A DNA stretch of 64,000 nucleotides from an uncultured Chloroflexia bacterium (GTDB lineage: Bacteria > Chloroflexota > Anaerolineae > Anaerolineales > E44-bin32), in assembly GCA_963797485.1 (NCBI GenBank), contig CAWCPF010000003.1, forward strand, positions 199,957-263,956, in the 5' to 3' direction. The notes under the pieces were generated by a model, which worked only from the letters and a program-made list of their open reading frames with translations, did no database searches and was not told the DNA's origin. This document shows, piece by piece, positions 38,796 through 48,476 of the stretch (position 1 is the first letter of the stretch; each line of letters begins with the position of its first letter). Made by a program: the position numbers and the translations under genes.

Positions 38796-38953
38796 GCGTC
38801 TACCCGTCGAATTCATCTTGAATGCGAGCGCGGTCATCTTGGAGGTGGCACTTTGAGACAAGGCCAATCCTGCTGCGCGCCGGTGACCACTGCCGGAGGC
38901 CTTATACTGGCGCCTGCTATCGGACGACCACGAGAGTTCCTTGAGGGACGGCC

Positions 38954-40060
38954 ATGAGCGCTGACGCCAAGACCCTACCCGGGTCTCCGCGTGCAAGAGG
39001 CAGTGGCAGGACCCTGTCACTCATCGACCGCTATCTCACGCTCTGGATTTTCGGGGCCATGGCGGTCGGGGTATTCCTGGGCTATTCTCTCCCCGCCCAG
39101 GTCCAAACCCTCAATCGCCTTGTTTCGACGGGCACGACAAACATACCCATTGCTGTCGGCCTGATTCTGATGATGTACCCACCTCTGGCCAAGGTCCATT
39201 ACGACGATTTGCCCCGCGTGTTTCGCGACTGGCGAATTCTCGGTCTTTCGCTGATTCAGAACTGGCTGGTCGGCCCCGTGGTCATGTTTGTGCTGGCGGT
39301 GGTTTTTCTTCGTGGCTACCCCGAATACATGGTGGGCTTGATCCTCATCGGACTTGCTCGCTGTATCGCCATGGTGATTGTCTGGAACGACTTGGCTGAC
39401 GGAGACACCGAATACGCTGCCGGCCTTGTCGCATTCAACAGTGTCTTTCAGGTCCTCTTCTATAGCCTGTATGCTTACATCTTCATCACCCTCCTGCCTT
39501 CCATGCTCCATCTCGGAGGTTCAGAGTACGTCGTCAATATCACCATTGGGGAGATCGCCAAGAGCGTCTTCATCTACCTGGGCATTCCGTTTCTGGCCGG
39601 GTTTGCCACCAACCGCGCGCTAATTCGCACCAAGGGGAAGGACTGGTACTACGGTCAGTTCGTCCGCAAGCTGAGTCCCTAGACTCTCGCGGCGTTGCTC
39701 TTTACCATTGTGGTGATGTTCAGCCTCAAAGGCGAGCTCATCGTCACGATCCCCGGCGACGTGCTGAGAATCGCTGTTCCGCTGGTCATCTACTTCATCG
39801 TCATGTTTTTGGTCAGCTTCTATATGGGCCGGCGAGTGGGCGCTGACTATGGCAAGACCGTCACTTTGTCTTTCACTGCCGCCAGCAACAATTTCGAACT
39901 TGCCATTGCGGTGGCCGTTGCGGTTTTTGGCATCGGCTCCGGAGTGGCCTTCGCTGCGGTCATAGGTCCCCTAATCGAGGTCCCGGTCATGATTGGCTTA
40001 GTGAGTGTGGCCTTTGGCCTGCAGAAGAGGTACTTCCGACCGATATCGACAATCTCCTAG
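38954..40060 (+). pseudogene. acr3: ACR3-family arsenite efflux transporter with in-frame TAG
   Basis: ORFs 38954..39682 and 39695..40060 are in the same frame, separated only by TAG 39680-39682 (..[25 protein letters not shown]..). ACR3 hallmarks include RCIAMV and [13 protein letters not shown]. Confidence 0.8.
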
Positions 40061-40328
40061 CTGGACCGTGCAACAGACGCCGATGATTTGTTCAACGTCT
40101 CCCCGGCCCTGCGGCGTAATCCCCGGGGAAACCCGATGTGAGTTGCAGTGTTCTTGGGCCGAGCATTTGGCCTGACCTGTAAGCGTTAGCCACGCTAGGC
40201 GGACGTCATGTGAGCCGCCGCTCTGATCGTGGCCGGTGTGATCCCCCATCGGATCCACTCACTGGCGTGCACACTTTCGTGCTTGGATGGTGGTCAGCGA
40301 GATCATTTGACCGAATGAGGAGGCTGTT

Positions 40329-40961
40329 GTGGACACAAAACCATGGGTTGCCGAGTTTGCGGGCACGTTCGGGCTGGTGTTCGTCGGGGCAGGTGCAGTG
40401 GCGGTGGGAAGCGGCGGGCTGGTCGGTGCAGCGTTGGCCCACGGCCTGATTCTGGCAGCGATCGTGGCGGCCCTGGGGGCAACCTCGGGAGCCCATGTCA
40501 ATCCGGCTGTCACGCTCGCGGTCTGGATTCGCCGAGGTATCGAAACTCGAGTGGCCGCGGCCTATTGGGTGGTTCAGCTCTTAGGAGCAATTGCGGCGGG
40601 ATTCGCCCTTCGCTGGGTTCTGGGCGGCACCGACAGCGGGTTGGGAGCAACGACTTTGGGCTCGGTGTCGCCCATACAGGGTGCGTTGGTCGAAGCGATC
40701 CTGACCTGCCTTTTGGCCACCGTCGTCTTGCGCACGGCCTTACGCAAGAGTCTTGGCAAGTCTGGCCCGCTGGCGATCGGGTTCACTCTGGGGGCCGCCA
40801 TCTTGATGGCCGGCCCTTTGACTGGTGGGTCTTTAAATCCAGCTCGGACCCTCGGTCCGGCCATCGCTAGCGGCCAATTCGCCGATCTGTGGGTCTACCT
40901 GGTCGGGCCGGCCGCCGGCGCGGGTCTGGCGGCGCTGCTCGATTGGGCGCTTGAGCGCTGA
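40329..40961 (+). CDS. MIP-family channel (aquaporin/aquaglyceroporin)
   Basis: 210 aa, GTG start, two NPA boxes (SGAHVNPAVT, GGSLNPARTLGPA), six hydrophobic segments. Confidence 0.85.
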   Translation: MDTKPWVAEFAGTFGLVFVGAGAVAVGSGGLVGAALAHGLILAAIVAALGATSGAHVNPAVTLAVWIRRGIETRVAAAYWVVQLLGAIAAGFALRWVLGGTDSGLGATTLGSVSPIQGALVEAILTCLLATVVLRTALRKSLGKSGPLAIGFTLGAAILMAGPLTGGSLNPARTLGPAIASGQFADLWVYLVGPAAGAGLAALLDWALER

Positions 40962-40967
40962 GCTGGT

Positions 40968-42077
40968 TTAAGCGCGGGGAGGGGCGGCGGCCTCGTGGTG
41001 CCACGGCTGCCGGGGGGTGCGCAAGTCGCGCAAGGAGCGGTCTGAGACCCAGGGCGCATACGGCGCCATCGTCAGACCGGCCAGGGCCAAGAGCGGGGTG
41101 TCGTAGTTGACGCGCCAACCATGGTAGTCCTGCCAGGCCTGGTCGAGATCGGCCTTAACCGGCACCCCCTGTTCGGACAGCTCACGACAGGCGGCGTCAA
41201 ACTCGGCGCGTGAAATGCTGATCGGGTCGGTCGGTTTGGGGTCGGCGTCGTAGCGGATCTCAAAGAAGTCGGCAATCCGGCGCAGGGCCAGGTAGCCCGA
41301 ACGGAGGCACAGATCTGCCTGGACGTCGCGGGGGATTTCCAGCGTCGAGGCGGCCAGGGCGGCTGCATCCAGTACGACGCCGGCGGCCGTGACCCACGAG
41401 CGATCGCCTTGCGGTGATCGAAAGAAGACCAGTGCCGAAAGCGAGGTGTGGGTCTCCTCGATTTCAGTGAACCAGTATTCCCAGTTGGCCCACAGATCGG
41501 TCAAGCGGTTGAGGCGCCCCAGGCGGTTGGCCCGGGCGATCAACGTAGTCGCCGCCGGCGGAGAGCCGGCCCGGATTTCGAGCATCGCCACGGCGGTCTC
41601 GCGCCGCGAGAAGGCCGTATAGATGGCCGGCAGATAGGCGATCAAGAGCGCGATCAGGCCCAGGCCGATGGTGGCCTCGGTGAAGGTCAGTATCGTGGCC
41701 CCAAGGCCGGTGGGGCTGGTCGAGCCCAGGGTGAGCAGCGACGAACCGCTCAGGCGAAAGGCCTCCCCCCAACTCAGCGGGCCCAAGGCCCAGTACATCG
41801 CCATGTAGCCCAACAGCACCAAGGTCACCCACACGACCGGCTGCGCCAGCAAGCCGAGCGGACCATACAGCGCCATCACCCGGTCGCGGTCCTCATAGGA
41901 TTGGCTGCGGTCGGCGCGCCAGCGGAAAGGAATATACAGGCCGCGCACGATCCAGCGCGTCAGGCGGACATTGGCGGCGCGCGGCAGGACGAAGGTCATC
42001 ACGGCGGCGCTTAAGGTCATCAGCACCAGATAGGCGCCTACGAGGAAAGCTGCCAGCCGTTCGATTGTGAAAATCGT
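40968..42077 (-). CDS. hypothetical membrane protein
   Basis: The ORF is open to 42218, but its first ~45 codons are Pro/Arg-rich and unlikely to be coding. GTG 42077 (..LVTIFTIERLAAFLVGAYLVL..) begins at the first TM segment. Soluble C-terminal half. No family recognised. Confidence 0.55.
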   Translation of the reverse strand, partial: TIFTIERLAAFLVGAYLVLMTLSAAVMTFVLPRAANVRLTRWIVRGLYIPFRWRADRSQSYEDRDRVMALYGPLGLLAQPVVWVTLVLLGYMAMYWALGPLSWGEAFRLSGSSLLTLGSTSPTGLGATILTFTEATIGLGLIALLIAYLPAIYTAFSRRETAVAMLEIRAGSPPAATTLIARANRLGRLNRLTDLWANWEYWFTEIEETHTSLSALVFFRSPQGDRSWVTAAGVVLDAAALAASTLEIPRDVQADLCLRSGYLALRRIADFFEIRYDADPKPTDPISISRAEFDAACRELSEQGVPVKADLDQAWQDYHGWRVNYDTPLLALAGLTMAPYAPWVSDRSLRDLRTPRQPWHHEAAAPPRA

Positions 42078-42081
42078 CACA
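42066..42081. promoter_or_regulatory. CRP/FNR-type palindrome TGTGA-N6-TCACA (site 5 of 8)
   Basis: ATTGTGAAAATCGTCACAAG, overlapping the proposed GTG start of the 40968 gene. Confidence 0.4.
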
Positions 42082-42164
42082 AGAACATCCCCGATTGAAC
42101 TCCGGCGAGCGCCATGGGAGCAGGCCCCTATGGTACTTGGCGGGGAAGGGCGCGGCAAGGGTTC

Positions 42165-42194
42165 TTGTGCACGGGGGTTGAGCGGCCGTATAAT
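42165..42194 (+). promoter_or_regulatory. candidate promoter of the serS T-box leader
   Basis: TTGTGC (42165-42170), 18-nt spacer, TATAAT (42189-42194). Confidence 0.45.
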
Positions 42195-42200
42195 GCCGGG

Positions 42201-42475
42201 GACCAACACAAGCACCATGGCGAGCGCGGAGACACACCATCAACTGCAGCCTCTCCCAGAGAGCCGGTCCAGGGTGAGAGCCGGCGAGGCAGGTTGGTGG
42301 ATCCCCTCCGCCGGTCCCGCAAACCGCGCGACCGCGCCGAGCCCGGAGGGACGGCCAGCGTGCCGCCGTAAGGGCCAGGGTCCGCCCGATACAGCGGTCT
42401 GAGGCCGGCAAGCCGGCGAATGCAGGTGGCACCACGAGCGCCCCCTCGTCCTGCGGAGGAGAGGGCGCTTTTGAT
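42201..42475 (+). promoter_or_regulatory. T-box riboswitch leader of serS
   Basis: Stem I-like AGAGAG (about 42258-42263) and GGUUGGUGG (42292-42300). T-box sequence GGUGGCACCACG (42425-42436). Terminator AGCGCCCCCUC...GAGGAGAGGGCGCU plus UUUU (42437-42472), 20 nt before serS. Confidence 0.7.
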
Positions 42476-42493
42476 TGGCCGAGGAGGTGGACC

Positions 42494-43786
42494 ATGCTGG
42501 ACCTGCGCCTGATACGTGAGCAGCCCGAGGTGGTGAAAGCGGCCATGGCCAGGCTGCATGTCGACGCGCCGATCGAAGACATCCTGAGCCTGGACGAATC
42601 CCGCCGCCTGCTCCTGACCGAGCTGGAGGGTCTCCGACACGAGCGCAAGGTGACCTCCGAGCAGATCGGCCGCATGCAGGACAAGGCTGAGCGCCAGGCG
42701 CAGATCGAGGCCATGCGCGGGGTGAACGAACACATCGGAGAACTCGAAGCCCGGCTGCGCGAGATCGACCAGTCACTCGAGCAGCTCATGTACCAGGTGC
42801 CGAACCTGCCGCACGCCAGTGTGCCGGATGGCGAGGACGAGAGCCAGAACGCCGTCATCCGGCAGGAGGGCGAGCCGGCCACAGTCGACCAGCTTGGTTT
42901 TGAGCCCCGCCCGCATTGGGAGCTCGGCCCATCCCTTGGAATTCTCGATTTCGAGCGCGGAGTCAAGCTGGCCGGGAGCCGGTTTTACGTGCTGTATGGC
43001 GCCGGGGCGCGCCTCGAGCGGGCGCTGATCAGCTGGATGCTGGACACCCACACGCGGCAGCATGGCTACCTGGAGGTCTATCCGCCCTTCGTGGTCAAGG
43101 AGGCGGCCATGTGGGGCGCCGGGCAGCTTCCCAAATTCCGCGACAACATCTATCACGATGCCGAGGAGGACCTGTGGTGGGTGGGGACAGCCGAGATCCC
43201 TCTGACCAACCTGCACCGAGACGAAATCCTGGGCCTCGACGACCTGCCGCGCCACTATGTGGCCTACACCCCCTGCTTCCGGCGCGAGAAGTTCTCGGCC
43301 GGGCGAGATGTGCGCGGGATCAAGCGCGGCCACCAGTTCGACAAGGTCGAGATGTACAAATTCACCACGCCGGAGACGTCGTATGACGAGCTGGAGACTT
43401 TGCTGGACAACGCCGAAGACATCTGCCGGGCGCTGGAGATCCCCCATCGGGTCGTGGAAATGGTCACCGGCGACCTGGGGTTCGTGGCCGCCAAGAAATT
43501 CGACGTCGAGCTGTGGGCTCCCGGCTCAGCCGAATGGCTGGAGGTCAGCTCGTGCAGCAACTGCGAGGCCTTTCAGGCCCGGCGGGCGAACGTCCGCTAC
43601 CGGCCGGCCCCCGACGCCAAGCCGGAATTCGTGCACACCTTGAACGGCTCGGGCCTGGCACTGCCGCGGACGATGATCGCCGTCCTGGAGAACTTCCAGC
43701 AGGCGGACGGCAGCGTGCGGGTGCCGGATGTCCTGCAGCCCTGGATGGGGGGGATCAAGCTCATCGAACCCCAGGCGCTGCCTTGA
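42494..43786 (+). CDS. serS: serine--tRNA ligase
   Basis: 430 aa. N-terminal coiled-coil arm, class II motifs (..[11 protein letters not shown].., ..[11 protein letters not shown].., ..[13 protein letters not shown]..). Confidence 0.95.
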   Translation: MLDLRLIREQPEVVKAAMARLHVDAPIEDILSLDESRRLLLTELEGLRHERKVTSEQIGRMQDKAERQAQIEAMRGVNEHIGELEARLREIDQSLEQLMYQVPNLPHASVPDGEDESQNAVIRQEGEPATVDQLGFEPRPHWELGPSLGILDFERGVKLAGSRFYVLYGAGARLERALISWMLDTHTRQHGYLEVYPPFVVKEAAMWGAGQLPKFRDNIYHDAEEDLWWVGTAEIPLTNLHRDEILGLDDLPRHYVAYTPCFRREKFSAGRDVRGIKRGHQFDKVEMYKFTTPETSYDELETLLDNAEDICRALEIPHRVVEMVTGDLGFVAAKKFDVELWAPGSAEWLEVSSCSNCEAFQARRANVRYRPAPDAKPEFVHTLNGSGLALPRTMIAVLENFQQADGSVRVPDVLQPWMGGIKLIEPQALP

Positions 43787-44271
43787 ACGAGACGGCCGTG
43801 ATCGTGGTCGTGGCCGGGGTCATGCTGGTCGGCCTGATCGGCACCCTGGTCCCAGTGATGCCGGACCTGAGCCTGATCTGGCTGGGCGGGCTGGCGTACG
43901 GCCTGCTGGCGGGTTGGGGGGACGTCGGCGGCTGGGTGTTGGCCGGCATCACGGTGCTGGGTCTCATCGGCGCGCTGGCGGAGATCTTGACCAGCAGCAT
44001 GGGGGCGCGGGTTGGGGGCGCGTCGCTGTGGGGGATTTTGGGTGGCCTGGCGCTCGGCCTGGTGGGCCTGATTCTCTTTCCACCCTTCGGAGCCGTGATC
44101 GGCCTGCTGGCAGGGACCTTCCTGGTGGAGGCCTGGCGCCTCCGCGATCTGGGCAAGGCCGCCCGCGGGACCTTGGGGATGGGTGTGGGTTACGGCCTGT
44201 CGTTTGTCGTCAAGCTGGGCATGGGGCTGGGGATGATCGGCTTGTGGGTGTTCTGGGTCGTCAGGGGCTGA
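43783..44271 (+). CDS. DUF456 family membrane protein
   Basis: The Gly-rich hydrophobic protein (..[20 protein letters not shown]..) starts at TTG 43783, overlapping the serS stop. GTG 43798 is an alternative. The track ORF from 43513 overlaps serS out of frame. Confidence 0.6.
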   Translation: MNETAVIVVVAGVMLVGLIGTLVPVMPDLSLIWLGGLAYGLLAGWGDVGGWVLAGITVLGLIGALAEILTSSMGARVGGASLWGILGGLALGLVGLILFPPFGAVIGLLAGTFLVEAWRLRDLGKAARGTLGMGVGYGLSFVVKLGMGLGMIGLWVFWVVRG

Positions 44272-44839
44272 AAAACACCATCCCGATCCCCAGGCGATCG
44301 AGACCCTCCTCGGCCCAATGGGTCACCAGGCTCGAGCTGTCGTCGATGCACTTGAACAAGGGGGCGATGGCGTCTGGATGGCGCGTCTCCGCCAGAGCTC
44401 GAACCGCCTCGATCCGTACGGCCGGGTCAGAATCCTGAGACGCTTCGGCGAGATAGGGGATCGCCGGCGCGCCGAGCACCGCCAGCGCGTCGCCGGCCAG
44501 ACGGGCCGTGAGCCGGTCGGGTGAGCGCAACGTCCGCGCCAAAGCCGGCATGGCTTCGCTAGAGGGGTTGTGCTTGAGGCTGAGCGCGGCGCACTGCTGC
44601 ACCGCGCCGTCCAAGTCCCGCAGGGACATCATCAGCGCCCGCTGAGCAGTTGGGTTGCCTTTGAAAGCCGACAGCGCGTAGGTCGCCCACCAGCGCCGAT
44701 CGGCGATTGGGGATTGCAGGAGCCGGATCAAAGCCTCCACGGCCGGCTGGCCGTGGACCGAGAGCGCCGGAATGGCCGCCTGTGCCCGGGCCTCATCCTC
44801 GGATGACAGATCTTCGAGGAGTTGGTCAACATCCGCCAT
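44261..44839 (-). CDS. HEAT-repeat protein
   Basis: 192 aa of repeated ~30-aa helical units with ..D.D..VR..A..AL.. periodicity (PBS-lyase HEAT-like). Confidence 0.65.
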   Translation of the reverse strand: MADVDQLLEDLSSEDEARAQAAIPALSVHGQPAVEALIRLLQSPIADRRWWATYALSAFKGNPTAQRALMMSLRDLDGAVQQCAALSLKHNPSSEAMPALARTLRSPDRLTARLAGDALAVLGAPAIPYLAEASQDSDPAVRIEAVRALAETRHPDAIAPLFKCIDDSSSLVTHWAEEGLDRLGIGMVFFSP

Positions 44840-44850
44840 GAGGGTTCGGC

Positions 44851-45075
44851 TCAGCTTGCAGGGGGCGGGACGGGGAGGTCGTCCTCAGATACCTTGATCC
44901 ACTTGTCCCCTTCGTCGATCAGCATGACGGGGATATCGTCCCGGATCGGGTACTTGCGGCCGCAGTCCGGTTCCTGGCACACTAACCACAAATCCTTGAC
45001 CAGCTTGAGCAGGCCTTCTTTCTCCTGGACGCAGTGGGGGCAACGCAGGATTTCCAGCAGGTCGTCGCTGATCAT
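44851..45075 (-). CDS. Trm112 family zinc-ribbon protein
   Basis: 74 aa, LRCPHC...CQEPDCGRKYPIRDDIPVMLIDE. Confidence 0.75.
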   Translation of the reverse strand: MISDDLLEILRCPHCVQEKEGLLKLVKDLWLVCQEPDCGRKYPIRDDIPVMLIDEGDKWIKVSEDDLPVPPPAS

Positions 45076-45155
45076 GCCGTCCTCCTCGATCGGGCCGATT
45101 TTACCATGCGGGTCCTAACCGCTCACGCTGCGGCAGGTCCGGGTCGGGCCGGGGG

Positions 45156-47003
45156 TCAATCGTCGGTCTTGGCGTCGTCCGGCAAGTGGGTGCCTGGACC
45201 GTATTCGTAGACAGCCTGCCAGGGTAGGTAGTGGGTCTTGATGACGTCCTTGTCGATCACCTGGCCGTCGCGGGTGACGGTGCGGTAGACGGTGACATCC
45301 ATGCCGTCCGCCTGATAGTCAACCTGTTCGATCTTGCCCTTGGGAAGATCCGGGTTCTTCTTGTACACGGAATCCGGCGCCTTGACCACATTCTGCGGGC
45401 CGGTCGATGACCAATCCACGCTTCGGCCATCTTTGGTGGAGTAGAACTTCCAGACCAGTTGATTACCATACATGTACGTTTCCATCAGCAGCCAGTAAGG
45501 CGTGTCATTGGTGAACTTGAAGTCCACCAGGGGCACAAACACGGTCGCGTCGAGGCCCGGCCCGGGCGAGTTCGGTCCCTGCTCGTAGTACAGCACCCGG
45601 TAGGCATGCGGGTTGCGCTCCACGATGGGATAGCCGCCGAAGAAGGCCGCCCGAAACAGGGTCGTGCTGACCTGGCACACCCCGCCGCCCACACCTTTGA
45701 TGGTCTGTTTGCCGTAGATGATCAGAGCCTCGGCGTAACCTTTGTCCAGGCTGATGTCGCCCAGCACGTCGGCCATGGACAGTGTGGCTCCCGGCGGGAT
45801 GAGCAGCCCGTGAAAGGCCGATGAGGCCGTCTTGATGTTTTGAATCCGTTCAGGGCTGGAGCCGTTGAAATACGTGGCCACCGTGATCACGTTCTCGGTT
45901 ATGCCGAGCTGCTCACCGGTGGCATCGTCAGTCACCGACGGATTGGTCGTCTGGAAAGCCATGGCAACCGAGTGCCTCCCGGCGGCCAGGCTCTGCTGAA
46001 GCGCCTCGAGCGTGCCGGGCAGATCGAGCGAGCGTCCAATGACGGCCGGTTGAATCAAATCAAGCTGGCGGGTGTCATCGTTGAACACGAAGCGGGCGTT
46101 TTGGGGAGTGCGCTCAAGACCGGGGGCGATGGGTTCCAGGATATCGGTCAGTTGCTGCTGGTCAAGATTGACCACGAAGTGGCTCGATCCACCCTCCTGG
46201 CTCGCGTCGAAGCGCAACAATCCAGCCAGTTGCTTGGGCGTGAGCTGCCATGGGCCGGCGCCGTCGGCCGTCAAGGTCAGCGGCGCGCTCAGGATGCTGC
46301 GGGCGGTAGAGGCGGCGAACTCGGAGTCCAGCACATACGGATAAGACTCGTGGACGACCAGGGTGATCTGCGCGTCGTGGAGCTGTGAGACGGGCGGGTT
46401 GAGCAGCCGGAGGCTGGCGGGTAAATCGACCTGCAGGCCAATCTGACCGGATTGGCTGAGCACATCGGTGCCGTCCACCTGGAGGCTGGCTTCGCGAGCC
46501 GGCCGATCGATTTGAGCTGCCACACGTTCGAGGTAAGCCCGGGCCTGGCGCTCGTCGAAGACGACTACCGGGGCAAGTTGGTGGCCGCTGAACCAGGCTT
46601 CGAACTGCCCGGACAGCCGCTCGGGCAGGCTCCCCTGACGACCCCAGGCGATGGCGCGGCCGGCCATGGAAGGAACGTCAATCACCACGCCCAATTCTTG
46701 CGGGCGGGCCATCCACACCCGGCCCTGCGCCGAAAAGACGATCGTGCCGGTCTGCGGATAGGCATACTGGTCGCCCAGCGCGGCTTCGATTTGTGCGGTG
46801 TTCATGCCTGTGAGATCGATCCCGGCGGCCTGGACGCCCGGCAGAGCGCGGTTGATGTAGACCAGGCGCAGGCCGATGACGAAGACCAGCATCCCGATGA
46901 CCAAGGCCGCCAGGGCCGCGGCCGCCGCCATCAACAGGCGCTCGAGCCACAGCTCCGGATCGAACTTGCGCTTTAGCGTTACCCCGTGCCAATCCATACG
47001 CAT
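45156..47003 (-). CDS. VanW-domain (YoaR-like) cell-envelope protein
   Basis: 615 aa, N-terminal TM anchor, and a C-terminal VanW-like core (..GGGVCQVSTTLFRAAFFGGYPIVERNPHAYRV..). Confidence 0.75.
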   Translation of the reverse strand: MRMDWHGVTLKRKFDPELWLERLLMAAAAALAALVIGMLVFVIGLRLVYINRALPGVQAAGIDLTGMNTAQIEAALGDQYAYPQTGTIVFSAQGRVWMARPQELGVVIDVPSMAGRAIAWGRQGSLPERLSGQFEAWFSGHQLAPVVVFDERQARAYLERVAAQIDRPAREASLQVDGTDVLSQSGQIGLQVDLPASLRLLNPPVSQLHDAQITLVVHESYPYVLDSEFAASTARSILSAPLTLTADGAGPWQLTPKQLAGLLRFDASQEGGSSHFVVNLDQQQLTDILEPIAPGLERTPQNARFVFNDDTRQLDLIQPAVIGRSLDLPGTLEALQQSLAAGRHSVAMAFQTTNPSVTDDATGEQLGITENVITVATYFNGSSPERIQNIKTASSAFHGLLIPPGATLSMADVLGDISLDKGYAEALIIYGKQTIKGVGGGVCQVSTTLFRAAFFGGYPIVERNPHAYRVLYYEQGPNSPGPGLDATVFVPLVDFKFTNDTPYWLLMETYMYGNQLVWKFYSTKDGRSVDWSSTGPQNVVKAPDSVYKKNPDLPKGKIEQVDYQADGMDVTVYRTVTRDGQVIDKDVIKTHYLPWQAVYEYGPGTHLPDDAKTDD

Positions 47004-47026
47004 GAGTTTTCAACCACCCCAGGCGG

Positions 47027-47037
47027 GGATTATAGCA
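47027..47037 (-). promoter_or_regulatory. extended -10 promoter element TGCTATAATCC (VanW gene)
   Basis: Reverse complement of GGATTATAGCA, ~25 nt upstream of ATG 47003. The 11-mer is identical to those at 2914 and 60339. Confidence 0.55.
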
Positions 47038-47142
47038 AACCCGTGACGACGGCTGCGTCGGAATGGTTCCCAGCGCGCAGGCTCGCGGCTCGGTCCATCA
47101 ACCGGCGGCCCGGCCCGTTAGGCTCGCGTCAAGCCCCGATGA

Positions 47143-48062
47143 CTAAGGCTGCAAGTAAACCTCGACGCTGGAAAGATGCACGATGTAGGCACCGGTCGGG
47201 TCGCGTTCGGTGAGCATGATCCGAGCATACTGCGAGATGGGGGTGGTGTAGCCGAGCGTGAGCGTGAAGATGCCAAGCTGACCGCTGGCCGGCAAATCGA
47301 ACCTGGCCTGGGAAGTGGCCAGGACCTCGCCCTGCGTGTCTACCAGGTCAACACTGATCGGGACGTCGGCGTCTACCCAGCCCGCAGCCCGGACCTGCAG
47401 CGAGCCACCCGTCACCGTCAGGCCGTCGCGGGGTGACAGGATAGCCAACTTTTCCGGAGTCTGAAGCTGCGGGTGAACCAGCGGCTGGCCAACCGAAAGC
47501 AGGACCAGATTCTCGGTTGCGATGTGGGCGACGCGGTTGAAACGCCGGTCGAATGAGGCAATTTCCAGCCGACCGGCCTCAGCCACCCCTTGAATCTGGA
47601 ACGAGAGTTGAGAGACAAACCGGCCGGCATTGCCGGGGTAGGCGAACAGAATGGTGGTGTGATCCGCCAGCATGCGGCCGTCTTCCCCATACAGGCGCAA
47701 GCGGATGCGCTCGTTGAAGCTCGGCCCGCCGCGGCCGGAGATACGGAACGGGCTGGTCATTTGAGAACCGGGGCCCGGGGAGACGAGCGTGAGCGTTTCG
47801 GGCGGAAGGTTGACGGGAGGCGTGCGCTGGGTGGCCGTAGGAGGCAGGTCGGGCGGTTCGAGGACGATCGGGCGGGTGGCCTCGGTCAGGGGGCCGGGTG
47901 TCGATGATCCGGCGGCAGGCCCGGTCGAACTCGGCCAGGCCGGCCGTCGGATTGACCGATGTGGTCGCCTGCGGCGAGACTGAGGCGGAATCCCGGGATT
48001 GGCCCGCAGCTGGTGAGGGCGATGAGCAGCAGGGCAGTTCCTGCCCGGAGGCGCCCGATCAT
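47143..48062 (-). pseudogene. secreted lipoprotein with Ig-like (Gmad2/GerMN-type) domains, two +1 frameshifts
   Basis: ATG 48062 encodes the lipobox signal MIGRLRAGTALLLIALTSCG in one frame. A middle frame reads ..SVSPQATTSVNPTAGLAEFDRACRRIIDT.. A third frame (no stop back to 48060) carries the Pro/Thr linker and ORF 47143..47760. Shifts lie near 47990-47998 and 47888-47900. Confidence 0.5.
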
Positions 48063-48063
48063 G

Positions 48064-48429
48064 TCAGCCGCCGGTGGCAGCTGCGCGCAGAAAGACGCCG
48101 GCCAGGAAGATGCACAAGAAGCCGTACGTCAGCGCGGTCCGGCGGTCGTCGTGGCCATGGCTCAATCGGAAGTAGGCGGGCAGGGTGAGGACACCGACCG
48201 AGGCGTAGATCCAATGAATCCATTCGGCAGGCAGCGACCCGGTCAGCCACAGCCACAACCCGAGAACGACCTCGACAAGAATCAGGGCTTCGGCTGCGAC
48301 CAGGGCACCCCAGTAGCTGCCGCTCATCCCACGGCGAAGGAAATACAGGACGATCCCCCAGCCGCCAAGAATCAGGGCGAAGAGGAAGACGCTTACGGCC
48401 ACGCGTTGATGAACGAAGGCCAAGGTCAT
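48064..48429 (-). CDS. small integral membrane protein (4 TM)
   Basis: 121 aa, four hydrophobic segments. Its stop abuts the lipoprotein start codon. Confidence 0.55.
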   Translation of the reverse strand: MTLAFVHQRVAVSVFLFALILGGWGIVLYFLRRGMSGSYWGALVAAEALILVEVVLGLWLWLTGSLPAEWIHWIYASVGVLTLPAYFRLSHGHDDRRTALTYGFLCIFLAGVFLRAAATGG

Positions 48430-48476
48430 GACGCCAGCTCGTGATCAGGGCGCCGCTGGATCGGGGTCACGTTGAT

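Noticed and set aside
39680-39682. TAG in ACR3 as pyrrolysine or programmed read-through.
   Set aside because: No pyl genes or PYLIS-like context are visible, and there is no reason for Pyl in a membrane pump. A simple nonsense substitution or base-call error is far more likely.
38690-40328. The ACR3 segment as a mobile element or genomic island.
   Set aside because: No transposase, integrase, inverted terminal repeats or tRNA attachment site could be seen. Only the aquaporin 5' duplication supports an insertion, so it is reported as a rearrangement, not a mobile element.
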